From an uncultured Collinsella sp. (GTDB taxonomy: Bacteria; Actinomycetota; Coriobacteriia; Coriobacteriales; Coriobacteriaceae), in the NCBI GenBank assembly GCA_959605475.1, contig CAUHFS010000002.1, positions 48-64,047 on the forward strand: a stretch of 64,000 nucleotides of DNA, in the 5' to 3' direction. Within the stretch, counting starts at the first letter, position 1; every line of letters begins with the position of its first letter. The notes beneath the pieces are model-generated. The model was not told where the DNA came from and made no database searches. It worked only from the letters and a program-made list of their open reading frames with translations. Below are positions 27,465 through 37,300 of this stretch, piece by piece. The translations under genes were made by a program, and so were the position numbers.

Positions 27465-28670
27465 ATGAGCGGACTGATTATCGATAGCGAAGCCTGTATC
27501 GGCTGCGGTCGCTGCGTTCGCGCCTGTGCCTCGGGCGGCATCGTAGTGGAAGGCGAGCGACCCAGCCGATGCGCCCGCGTAACCGACGGCTGCATCCTAT
27601 GCGGTGGGTGCGTCGACGCCTGCCCTGTCAACGCTATCTCGATCGAGCGTGACGAGGCCGCTGGTGCGGTGGACCTTGATGCATATCGAGACATTTGGGT
27701 ATTCGCGCAGACCGACGAGCACGATACGGTGACTCCCGTTGCCTATGAGCTTATGGGCAAGGGCCGCGAGCTTGCCGATGCTCGCGACTGCCGTCTGGTG
27801 GCACTGATCGGTATGGGTCCCGAGGGTTCTCTCGGCGACCTGGAGCATCTGGTTTGCGCGGGCGCCGACGAAGTCCTGGCCTGTCGCGACGAGCGCCTGC
27901 GCCAAAACGATGCGGAGGTCTACGCCCGCTTGATCTGCGATTTGGTAGCCGAACGCAAACCCGAGGCCATCCTATACGGTGCGACCGCTTTTGGCCGCGA
28001 ACTGGCACCCGGCGTTGCCGTGCGCTTGCAGACGGGCCTTACGGCTGACTGCACCGTACTTTCGATGGATACGGAGACGGGGCTGCTGCAACAGACGCGT
28101 CCGGCGTTTGGCGGCAACCTGATGGCCACCATCGTCTGCCCCAATCATCGTCCCCAGATGGCAACGGTTCGTCCCGGCATCTTTAAGGCGCCCGACTTTG
28201 ACTACGACCGCTCCGGCACGATCACCCAGATATCGCTTGCGGATGATGCTAAGGCTCGTGTCGAGATCTCGATTCCCGCCGAGGAGTGGAGGCAGCAGGC
28301 CTCGATCGCCGATGCCGAGCGCTTGGTCGTGGTGGGCCGCGGCATTGGCTCCAAGAAGAATCTGCCCCTGATGCGAAGGCTCGCCGAGGCTCTGGGAGCC
28401 GAGCTTGGTTGCACGCGACCTGTCGTGGAGGCCGGCTGGTTGGAGTGTCGCCATCAGATTGGCCAGACCGGCGTATCGGTTTCGCCCAAGCTTCTCGTGA
28501 GTATCGGTGTTTCGGGCGCCATCCAGCATCTTGCCGGCATCGGTGGGGCAGAGTGTATTATCGCCATCAACGAGGACCCGGATGCCCCCATCTTTGGTGC
28601 TGCCCAGTACAAGGTTGTCGGCGATGCCGTCGAGGTCGTCGAGGAACTGCTGGCCCAGCTTGAGCGCTAG
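27465..28670 (+). CDS. etfA: Electron transfer flavoprotein alpha subunit with N-terminal 2x[4Fe-4S] ferredoxin domain
   Basis: CIGCGRCVRAC and CILCGGCVDACP, then TGLTADCT, RPAFGGN, QIGQTG and GVSGAIQH. Confidence 0.93.
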   Translation: MSGLIIDSEACIGCGRCVRACASGGIVVEGERPSRCARVTDGCILCGGCVDACPVNAISIERDEAAGAVDLDAYRDIWVFAQTDEHDTVTPVAYELMGKGRELADARDCRLVALIGMGPEGSLGDLEHLVCAGADEVLACRDERLRQNDAEVYARLICDLVAERKPEAILYGATAFGRELAPGVAVRLQTGLTADCTVLSMDTETGLLQQTRPAFGGNLMATIVCPNHRPQMATVRPGIFKAPDFDYDRSGTITQISLADDAKARVEISIPAEEWRQQASIADAERLVVVGRGIGSKKNLPLMRRLAEALGAELGCTRPVVEAGWLECRHQIGQTGVSVSPKLLVSIGVSGAIQHLAGIGGAECIIAINEDPDAPIFGAAQYKVVGDAVEVVEELLAQLER

Positions 28671-29479
28671 GCGCGCGCCAGCCAGTCGCGCATCTCGTCC
28701 TTAAGGCGGCTCCAAGTCGCCTGCGTGGCGGGGTCGGTAAAGGGCCGCGTAATGCCAAAGGGCGCGTCGAGCAGGCGGTAGATATCGCCCTGCTCGCGCG
28801 CCAGCGTGCGGCTCGCTGGATAGACGAGCTCAAACATAAAGCAGATGAGTCCCACCAGGTAGTCCGCCGGCTCGTTGCGCTCGTCGCGCGCGACGCACCG
28901 ATGCTCGTCAAAGGCGGCAAGCGTCGGTACCGAGAAGCGACTGGCTAGAAACGCGTCCTCATCCACCTTGAGGATGGTATCGACGGTGCTGTCGGCGATG
29001 GTGCGCATAATGTCGATCTTGTCGCCATCGCGCACGATATCGCAGAAGCACCGTGTACGCTCGTCGAGTTGTGCCGGCAGGCGAAAGTCGCTGTGATAGG
29101 CGATGCTCGCTCGGATGAGCTCGTCATGCGCACCGGTTTCGATAAAGTCACGGATGTTTGTCGTGGCGGGTGCATCGGCGGGATTCTCGCCAAAGAGGAC
29201 CTCGATGCCCAGCGCCGCATGGCTCATGCTCTCGGCGTCCTTAAAGGTGTCCCAGCGTCGCAGCTGCTCAAAGCGGCCCATATCGTGTAGCAGGCCGCAA
29301 AGCCATGCCAGGTCAATATCTTCTGACGACCAGCCCTGCTCGCGCGCTACGGCATCGCATGCCTCGGCCACGTGGTACGTATGCTCGATTTTGAGCGCGA
29401 TGCGTGGGTTGGTGGCGTCGTAGGCATCGGTGTAGCTTTTGAAGGCCGCGCGCGCCCGGTCTCGATCGATAGCTGTCAT
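28667..29479 (-). CDS. HD-domain phosphohydrolase
   Basis: KIEHTYHV, LLHDMGRFEQ, SHA and VRDGDKIDI motifs. Confidence 0.85.
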   Translation of the reverse strand: MTAIDRDRARAAFKSYTDAYDATNPRIALKIEHTYHVAEACDAVAREQGWSSEDIDLAWLCGLLHDMGRFEQLRRWDTFKDAESMSHAALGIEVLFGENPADAPATTNIRDFIETGAHDELIRASIAYHSDFRLPAQLDERTRCFCDIVRDGDKIDIMRTIADSTVDTILKVDEDAFLASRFSVPTLAAFDEHRCVARDERNEPADYLVGLICFMFELVYPASRTLAREQGDIYRLLDAPFGITRPFTDPATQATWSRLKDEMRDWLARA

Positions 29480-29605
29480 AATGACTTCCTAAAAAGTTGT
29501 GTCTTTCGATCCGGTGGCAATTGTAGGTGAACTCGGTTGCTGTCGGATGATGATTCTGCCGTATCGCTACATGCGGCTCGGAGACCTTGTCAGGATGAGA
29601 AGCGT

Positions 29606-30298
29606 ATGGTGTTCAAAATCGTTAGAACCGTCTGGCCGGTGATGCTTACCTATGTTGCAAGAGGCGCGCCGTGCGGAATGATCATGGGGCAGACGGGAAT
29701 GGAGCCCTGGATGGTCTTTGCCCTGAGCAGCACGTTTGTGACGGGCAGCGGCCAGTTTATGATCTGCAATCTTTGGCTGGCGGGCGTACCGGCACCTTCG
29801 ATTATCGCGAGCGTTGCCGCCATCTCCTCGCGTTTTGCGCTTTACTCGGCATCGATCGCGCCGCATCTGACGGGTGCCTCGAAGCGTCAGACGCTGGCTG
29901 TTGCCGCGACACTTACCGAGGAGGCATATGGCATCTCGCTTGCCAAGTTGGTTGAAGGGGAGGATTGGGGCCCGCGCGAGTCCTTTGTGCTCAACGTGAT
30001 CCTCATCGCAACATGGGGCGTTTCGTGTACGATGGGCGCCATCGTCGGCGCCGTTGTCGATGTTCCCACCGCCATTGCAGCCTTTGTCTGCACCTCGCTC
30101 TTTATCTGCCTGCTCTTTTCGCAGCGGCTGTCGCGCGGCAACGTTGTCGCGGCGGTTTCGGGCGCGGTGTCCGTCGCCGTATGCAAGTTCTTGGGCCTCG
30201 CGAATATTGCCGTGCCGGCAAGCGTCGTGGCCGGCATTGCCATTGCGTTGGCGTGCGATGCTGTATTTGACGGAAGAGGTGCCCGCGATGCCCGTTAA
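29606..30298 (+). CDS. azlC: AzlC-family branched-chain amino acid exporter
   Basis: PVMLTYV, GSGQF and LTEEAYG motifs; multi-TM; start reassigned to ATG 29606. Confidence 0.8.
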   Translation: MVFKIVRTVWPVMLTYVARGAPCGMIMGQTGMEPWMVFALSSTFVTGSGQFMICNLWLAGVPAPSIIASVAAISSRFALYSASIAPHLTGASKRQTLAVAATLTEEAYGISLAKLVEGEDWGPRESFVLNVILIATWGVSCTMGAIVGAVVDVPTAIAAFVCTSLFICLLFSQRLSRGNVVAAVSGAVSVAVCKFLGLANIAVPASVVAGIAIALACDAVFDGRGARDAR

Positions 30299-30611
30299 CG
30301 AGTTCTTGGTTCTGTGGCTGTCGTCGTGGGCTGCTATCGCGTTCTTTCGCATTGCGCCGGCGTTCGCCTTGCGCGGGCGGACCCTGTCGCCCCGCATTAC
30401 CGAGGCCCTGAGCTATATCCCGCCCGCTGCCTTTGCCGCGCTGGTCGCCAACGACTTGGTGAGTCCCGGCGCGTTCGACGCGGGACTCTGGCCTGCCCTG
30501 GTTCCCTGGATTGCGGCCGTCGGCGTCGTGGTCGTGGCGGTCAAGACAAAATCGATGCTGTGGTGCTGCGTCTCGGGCATCGTACTCTATATTGTCTTGA
30601 GCCTTATATAG
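30288..30611 (+). CDS. azlD: AzlD-family protein
   Basis: RIAP...L.YIPPAAFAALV; small hydrophobic protein overlapping the azlC end. Confidence 0.8.
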   Translation: MPVNEFLVLWLSSWAAIAFFRIAPAFALRGRTLSPRITEALSYIPPAAFAALVANDLVSPGAFDAGLWPALVPWIAAVGVVVVAVKTKSMLWCCVSGIVLYIVLSLI

Positions 30612-30761
30612 GGGTGACGTCGCGGGCGCCGAATCTCGTTCCATCCCAACTTGTCGAATTTTTCACCGAGCTGGTCTATTTCTTCTGGTACCATGGTCAA
30701 ACTTTACTGTAGCAAAGCATGACGTGGGCTTTTGTTCCGCGTCAGCGGAAATGGGGGTTTC

Positions 30762-31784
30762 ATGGCACAGGAAGCGACCGCCAACGAGCAAAAGAAATTC
30801 AAGGTTCCGCGCATCCCGGGCGACATCATGATCTATCCGATGATCGTCGGTCTTTTGCTCAACACCTTCTGCCCGCAGGTTTTTGAGATCGGCGGCTTCT
30901 TTACGGCTGCCTGCCGCGGTGGCTCCAATACCATCGTCGCCGCGATCCTGCTGTTTGTGGGCGCCGGCATCAGCTTTAAGTCCACGCCGGGCGCCATCAA
31001 GACCGGCATCGTCGTGCTGATTCCTAAGCTTGTAGTGGCAGCCGCGCTGGGTCTGGGCGTCGCGTACTTCTTTAACGATAACTTTTTAGGCCTGAGCTCG
31101 GTTTCCATCATCGGCGGCATTACGTTTTGCAACATGGCGCTCTATACGGGCATCATGGGCGAGTTCGGCGATGAGTCCGAGCAGGGCGCCGTCGGTATCC
31201 TGTTCTTTACGGCCGGCCCCGCCGTCACGATGATCATCCTTGGTGTTTCGGGTCTCGCCAACATCCCCGTCGGCACCATCATCGGATCCATCCTGCCGCT
31301 TGTTATCGGCATGGTCCTGGGCAACTTGTTCCCGTTTATCAAGAACCTGCTGGTTCCCGGCGCCAATCCCGCGATCGCTGTTATCGGATTTCAGCTCGGT
31401 GCGTCCATGAGCCTTTCGAGCTTTATCACCGGCGGTATTTCCGGCATCTTGCTGGGCCTTGTCACGCTCTTTATCGTCGGCCCCATCACCTTTGCGTTCG
31501 AGCGCCTGTGCGGTGGTAACGGCAAGGCGGCCGTTGCCTGCTCCACTATCGCCGGCACGGCTATGACCACGCCGGTCGCCCTCGCCGAGGTCGCTCCGCG
31601 CTATGCCGAGCTTGCGCCCACCGCGTATGCGCAGATCGCCACTGCCGTCATCATCACGGCAATCATGGCCCCGATTCTGACCGGCTGGGTCGATAAGAAG
31701 TTCTGCCAGGGCAAGGAAGACCTGTCGCCTGCCGGTGTCGAGGCCATCGAAGAGGCCGTCGCGACCGACATCGATGGCGAGTAG
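30762..31784 (+). CDS. kdgT: 2-keto-3-deoxygluconate permease family transporter
   Basis: RIPGDIMIYPMIVGLLLNTFCP N-terminus, N.ALY...GEFGD and QIATAVIITAI..PILT. Substrate not verified. Confidence 0.75.
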   Translation: MAQEATANEQKKFKVPRIPGDIMIYPMIVGLLLNTFCPQVFEIGGFFTAACRGGSNTIVAAILLFVGAGISFKSTPGAIKTGIVVLIPKLVVAAALGLGVAYFFNDNFLGLSSVSIIGGITFCNMALYTGIMGEFGDESEQGAVGILFFTAGPAVTMIILGVSGLANIPVGTIIGSILPLVIGMVLGNLFPFIKNLLVPGANPAIAVIGFQLGASMSLSSFITGGISGILLGLVTLFIVGPITFAFERLCGGNGKAAVACSTIAGTAMTTPVALAEVAPRYAELAPTAYAQIATAVIITAIMAPILTGWVDKKFCQGKEDLSPAGVEAIEEAVATDIDGE

Positions 31785-31829
31785 CAATCGATACCCATCA
31801 ATGATTCCGGCGTGCAATTCGCGCCGTCT

Positions 31830-31874
31830 GAGCGCCCGAACAGAAACTGTTTTGCAGTGATGTTCGGGCGCTTT
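31830..31874 (+). terminator. Intrinsic terminator-like hairpin
   Basis: agcgcccgaaca...tgttcgggcgct stem followed by tt. Confidence 0.55.
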
Positions 31875-31973
31875 GCTATGATTCCCTTTACCCCTGCGGA
31901 GTAAAGGGGTGTTTATTGCCCTGATTCGAATTGGGCGATTCTGACCATTCGGATATTGAAGGGATGGCGTCTA

Positions 31974-33116
31974 GTGGTTAAGGCACTCAAGATTGAGATA
32001 TTCCTGCTATGCATGATTGTTCTTATCGGGCTTGCCGCGCGAAGTCGTCGCTCCTTGTTCTCGAGCACCCTGCAGCTATTGTTTAGCATGCTTGGCTACA
32101 CCTCTGCCGCGTACATATTATTCGATATGATCTGGACGCTTTCGGATGGTGCGGACGGCACGTTGGGTATTGCTGCCAACTGGATTTCCAACGCGGTTTC
32201 GTTTTCGCTCTTTGCCATCGCGTGTCTCATTTGGTTTATCTATTCCGAGACGATGCAGGGCTCTCGCCTTGTGACCTCGCGCTATAGGGTGGTGCTTGTA
32301 ACGTTGCCTACGGCTCTGGTGGTCGTGCTGGCTTTTACCAGTTACTGGACGCACGCCTTGTTCTATATCGATTCGCAGGGCGTGTATCGTCGCGGCTTTG
32401 CCTATATGATCCAGCCCATTGTCAGCTACTGTTACGTTATACATACGTCCCTGCATGCGTTTGTGCAATCTCGCAGGGTCGAGAGCCTGCAGACGAAGGC
32501 TATCTATCGAACCTTAGCATTTTTCGCCATTCCGGCCCTGGTGGGCGGTACCTTTCAGATCGTATACTCGGTGCCTGGCCTTTGTGTCGGCATAATGATT
32601 AGCATGTTGCTGCTCTACATTATCTGCCAGGAGCAGCTCGTCTCGACCGACCCGTTGACTGGCCTCAACAATCGCAACCGTTTTGAGACCTATATCCTGT
32701 CGCTCTTCTCAAATGTGGATCAGGCCGAAGATGTGTATCTGCTTATGATGGACGCTGACGGCTTTAAGCAGATTAACGATCGTTATGGACATGTGGAGGG
32801 CGACCATGCTCTTCAGGTCATATCCGCTGCTCTCAAAGAAGTCTGCTCGGCGTCTGGTGGCTTTATCGCGCGTTATGGTGGCGATGAGTTCGTGGTGCTC
32901 CAAAAGGCAGCGGCGGAACAGGATATCATGCATCTGTGCGCGACAATCAACGACGAGCTCGCGCATGCCGAGGTGCCGTATCTGTTGCGGATGTCCATCG
33001 GCTATGCACGGGTCGGTGATAGTGTCGATACCTGGCAAGACTTGCTTCGCGCTGCCGATGCGGAGCTCTACCGCGTCAAGGCCGATAAAAAGAAAGCCGG
33101 CGTCCAGATACGCTAG
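31974..33116 (+). CDS. Membrane-bound GGDEF diguanylate cyclase
   Basis: Multi-TM N-terminus; TDPLTGLNNR, FKQINDRYGH.EGD, ARYGGDEF and AD..LY..K motifs. Start is GTG 31974 or TTG 31956. Confidence 0.9.
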   Translation: MVKALKIEIFLLCMIVLIGLAARSRRSLFSSTLQLLFSMLGYTSAAYILFDMIWTLSDGADGTLGIAANWISNAVSFSLFAIACLIWFIYSETMQGSRLVTSRYRVVLVTLPTALVVVLAFTSYWTHALFYIDSQGVYRRGFAYMIQPIVSYCYVIHTSLHAFVQSRRVESLQTKAIYRTLAFFAIPALVGGTFQIVYSVPGLCVGIMISMLLLYIICQEQLVSTDPLTGLNNRNRFETYILSLFSNVDQAEDVYLLMMDADGFKQINDRYGHVEGDHALQVISAALKEVCSASGGFIARYGGDEFVVLQKAAAEQDIMHLCATINDELAHAEVPYLLRMSIGYARVGDSVDTWQDLLRAADAELYRVKADKKKAGVQIR

Positions 33117-33158
33117 AAAAAAGGCGCACGACCGTTGCGATGGTCGTGCGCCCTTTTT
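33117..33158. terminator. Bidirectional intrinsic terminator
   Basis: aaaaaa-ggcgcacgacc...ggtcgtgcgcc-cttttt. Confidence 0.8.
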
Positions 33159-33305
33159 GCGTTTGCGGGGGCCACCGGCCATAACGCCCAGGCGCGGTGC
33201 GGCAAGACGAGCGTCTGCCGCCGCGGCTCGGTACGAAATCAACGAGAGCCAGTGCATTCCATTAAGCTAAAGTGTGTGAAGGCTCTCTCTAAAAAGGTGA
33301 GCTCG

Positions 33306-34241
33306 CTAGGCTTTTTTGGGTTTGTTGACGATGATTATGCCGCCGCAGACCAACAGCAGGGCAACGATGACGGTAATGGGGCTCGTGCCAGCGCCCTCGC
33401 CGAGCAGCAGCGCGCTCAGCACCACACCAAAGACCGGGTTCATAAACCCAAAGACCGAGACGCGGCTGACGGGGTTGACGGCAAGCAGGCGCGACCACAG
33501 CGAGTAGGCGACCGCGGAGATAAGCGCCATGTAGATGATGAGCGCGATGGCGGGGGCAATTGTCGTGGGGGAGAGCGTGCCACCCATCAAAAAGCCGATG
33601 GCGGTGAGGACCAGGCCGCCGACCAAGAACTGCCACCCGGCAAGCAAGACGCCGTCGTGCTTGCGCGAGAAGATGCCGATCAGGCAGGTCGAAAGAGCAC
33701 CCGCGACAGTGGAGGCTAGGATAAAGCCCTCGCCATCGAGCCTGAAGCCAAAGGTGCCATCTGCGCCCGAGAGGTTGACGAGCGCGACGCCGGCAAAGCC
33801 CAGCGCACAGCCAAGCACCTTGGCCGTATTGAGCTTCTCGGTGTGAAATGCCAGGGCGGCAAAGAGGATAGCCAAGAAGTTGGCGCTGGCCTCGATGATG
33901 GAGCTCGACATAGCGCTTGCACGGGAGAGACCAAGGTAGAAAAAGAAGTACTGGCCGATGGTCTGGAAGAGCGACAAGATGCAGATGGGCTTGATATCGC
34001 GCGTTTGCGGAACGAGCGGTCGGCGCTGGGCCACGCTCATGCCAACAATGACCAGCATGCCGGCAAGCGTGAAGCGCAAGCCCGCAAAGAGCAGCTGCGA
34101 GGCGCTATCGTGCGCCGGGATACCAAAGAGTGCGTAGCCGATCTTGATGCAGGGAAAGGCCGATCCCCAGAGTGCACAGCAAACAAGACAGCCCAGGATA
34201 AGTCCGGGCAGGGTGGCGAGATACGGCTTGTGGCTTTCCAT
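33306..34241 (-). CDS. DMT/EamA family transporter
   Basis: LWGSAFPCIKIGY, RFTLAG and NPVFGVVLS motifs; about 10 TM segments. Confidence 0.88.
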   Translation of the reverse strand: MESHKPYLATLPGLILGCLVCCALWGSAFPCIKIGYALFGIPAHDSASQLLFAGLRFTLAGMLVIVGMSVAQRRPLVPQTRDIKPICILSLFQTIGQYFFFYLGLSRASAMSSSIIEASANFLAILFAALAFHTEKLNTAKVLGCALGFAGVALVNLSGADGTFGFRLDGEGFILASTVAGALSTCLIGIFSRKHDGVLLAGWQFLVGGLVLTAIGFLMGGTLSPTTIAPAIALIIYMALISAVAYSLWSRLLAVNPVSRVSVFGFMNPVFGVVLSALLLGEGAGTSPITVIVALLLVCGGIIIVNKPKKA

Positions 34242-34340
34242 GATGTCCTTCCTGCATGCGCGAAGCAAAAAAGAACCCGCCACCGGATGTGTCGGTGGCG
34301 GGTGTTGTTACCCGAAGGGATTGTACCCGATGGGAAAGGT

Positions 34341-37300
34341 TTAAGCGAAGTAGGCCACGCCGCTTTCAAAGATCGGCATGAACTTATCGCCGGGGACATG
34401 CTCGGGCACGTTGCGGTACAGGTTGTCGCCGCGACGCTCGGCATGGCCCATCTTGCCCAGGACGCGACCGTCGGGACTCGTGATGCCCTCGATGGCGAGT
34501 GCGGAGCCGTTGGGGTTGACGGAGAGATCCATGCTGGGCTTGCCGTCCTCGCCCACGTACTGCGTGGCGACCTGGCCGTTGGCGATCAGCTGGGCGAGCA
34601 CTTCGTCATTGGCGACAAAGCGGCCCTCGCCGTGGCTGATGGCGACGGTGTAGGGGTCGTCCAGGCTGCACTGCGACAGCCACGGGGACAAGTTGGACGA
34701 GATGCGGGTGCGCACCAGACGGCTCTGGTGGCGACCGATGGTGTTGAACGTCAACGTGGGCGCATCGGGCGTGGCGTCGACGATGTCGCCGTAGGGCACC
34801 AGGCCCAGCTTGATCAGGGCCTGGAAGCCGTTGCAGATGCCCAGCATCAGGCCATCGCGGGCCTTGAGCAGGTCGCGGACTGCCTCGGTGACCTCGGGAG
34901 CGCGGAAGAACGCCGTGATGAACTTGGCAGAGCCGTCGGGCTCGTCGCCGCCCGAGAAGCCGCCGGGGATCATAACGATCTGGCTTGCACGGATGCGGCG
35001 GGCAAGCTCGTGGGTGCTCTCGGCGACGGCCTCGGGCGTGAGGTTGTTGATCACGAAGGTGTCGGCCTCGGCACCGGCGGCACGGAAGGCGCGGGCGCTG
35101 TCGTACTCGCAGTTGTTGCCGGGGAACACGGGGATGATCACGCGCGGGCGGGCGATCTTGGCGCCGCCGTACACGTGGATATCCTTGGCGCGGAAGTCGA
35201 TGGTCTCGACCTCGGGGGTCTCGCCGGCGCTGCGGTAGGTGAAGACGCCCTCGATGCCGCTCTCCCAGGCCTCCTGGAGCTCGGCGAGCTCGATGACCTC
35301 GGAGCCGGTGTCGATGACATAGCCCTCGACGGTGGTGCCCAGGGGCTCGACGACAACGCCGTCGGCGACCTCGGGCAGCTCGGCGTCCTCGGCGAGCTCG
35401 ACGATAAAGCTGCCGTAGAGCGGGGTGAAGAGGCTCTCCACGTCTACATCCTCGGCAAGCTCGATACCGATCTGGTTACCGACGCACATCTTAAAGAGGC
35501 TCTCGGCGCCGCAGCCGTAGCCGGGCGTGGAGATGGCCAGGGCGTTGCCGGTAGCAGTGAGCGCCTCGACGGCGTCAAACGCGGCGAGCAGCTGCTGGGC
35601 GTCGGGACGGTAGTCCTCGCCATAGGTGGCGGGGGCGATGCGGACGACGCGGTGCGTGAGGCCCTTGAACTCGGGTGAGACGGCGCGGGCGGCCTTGCCC
35701 ACGGCGACGGCGAAGCTGATCAGGGTCGGCGGAACGTTGAGCTCGCCGGTCTCGTCCTCAAACGAACCGCTCATGGAGTCCTTGCCGCCGATGGCGCCGG
35801 CACCCAGGTCGACTTGGGCCATGAGGGCGCCCAGGACGGCTGCCGTGGGCTTGCCCCAGCGCTCGGCCTCGGTGCGCAGGCGCTCGAAGTACTCCTGGAA
35901 GGAGAGATAGGCGCGCTTGTGCTCAAAGCCGGCAGCCACGAGCTTGGCGATGGACTCGACCACGGACAGGTAGGCGCCCGCAAACTGGTCGGCCTCCATC
36001 AGATAGGGGTTGAAGCCCCATGCCATGGCACTCGCCGTGGTGGTCTCGCCGTCCACGGGGAACTTGGCGACCATGGCCGAGCTGGGGGTGAGCTGCGTCT
36101 TGCCGCCAAAGGGCATGAGCACGGTCGCGGCGCCGATGGTGGAGTCGAAGCGCTCGGAAAGGCCCTTGTTAGAAGCGACGTTGAGGTCGGTGACGAGCGA
36201 GGTCATGCGCTCGGCGAGCGTGGTGCCGGCCCAGCTGGGCTGCCACACGCTACGGGCGCACACGTGGGCGACCTGGTGCTTGGGTGCGCCGTTGGAGTTG
36301 AGGAACTCGCGGGACAGGTCGACGATGGCGACGCCGTTCCAGGCCATGCGCATGCGCGGCTCGGCGGTAACCTCGGCGATAACGGTAGCCTCCAGGTTCT
36401 CCTCGGCGGCGTAGCCCATGAACTCCTCGACGTCACCGTCGGCGACGGCGCAGGCCATGCGCTCCTGGGACTCAGAGATAGCGAGCTCGGTGCCGTCCAA
36501 GCCGTCGTACTTCTTGGTCACGGTATCAAGGTCGACATACAGGCCGTCGGCAAGCTCACCCACGGCGACCGAGACACCGCCGGCGCCAAAGTCGTTGCAG
36601 CGCTTGATCAGACGGCAGGCATCGCCGCGGCGGAACAGGCGCTGCAGCTTGCGCTCGACCGGGGCGTTGCCCTTCTGGACCTCGGCGCCCGAGGTCTCGA
36701 TGGACTCGGTGTTCTGGGTCTTGGAGGAGCCGGTGGCGCCACCGATGCCGTCACGGCCAGTGCGGCCGCCCAGCAGGATGATCTTGTCGGTGGGGGCGGG
36801 GCACTCGCGACGAACGTGGTTTGCCGGGGTAGCGCCCACGACGGCGCCAACCTCCATGCGCTTGGCCACGTAGCCGGGGTGATAGAGCTCGTTGACCTGA
36901 CCGGTGGCAAGGCCGATCTGGTTGCCGTAGCTGGAGTAGCCGGCGGCGGCAGTGGTCACGAGCTTGCGCTGCGGCAGCTTGCCCTCGAGCGTCTCGGAGA
37001 CCGGGACGGTGGGGTCGCCGGCGCCGGTGACGCGCATGGCCTGGTACACGTAGCTGCGGCCCGAGAGCGGGTCGCGGATGGCGCCGCCCACGCAGGTGGC
37101 GGCACCGCCGAAGGGCTCGATCTCGGTCGGGTGGTTGTGGGTCTCGTTCTTAAAGAGGAACAGCCAGTCCTGGTCCTCGCCATCGACATCGACCTTCACC
37201 TTGACGGTGCAGGCGTTGATCTCCTCGGACTCGTCGACATCGGTCATGACGCCGGTCTTCTTAAGGTACTTAGCGCCGATGGTGCCCATGTCCATGAGGC

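Noticed and set aside
31860..31960. c-di-GMP riboswitch upstream of the GGDEF gene
   Set aside because: Only simple hairpins are present; no GEMM-type motif was recognised.
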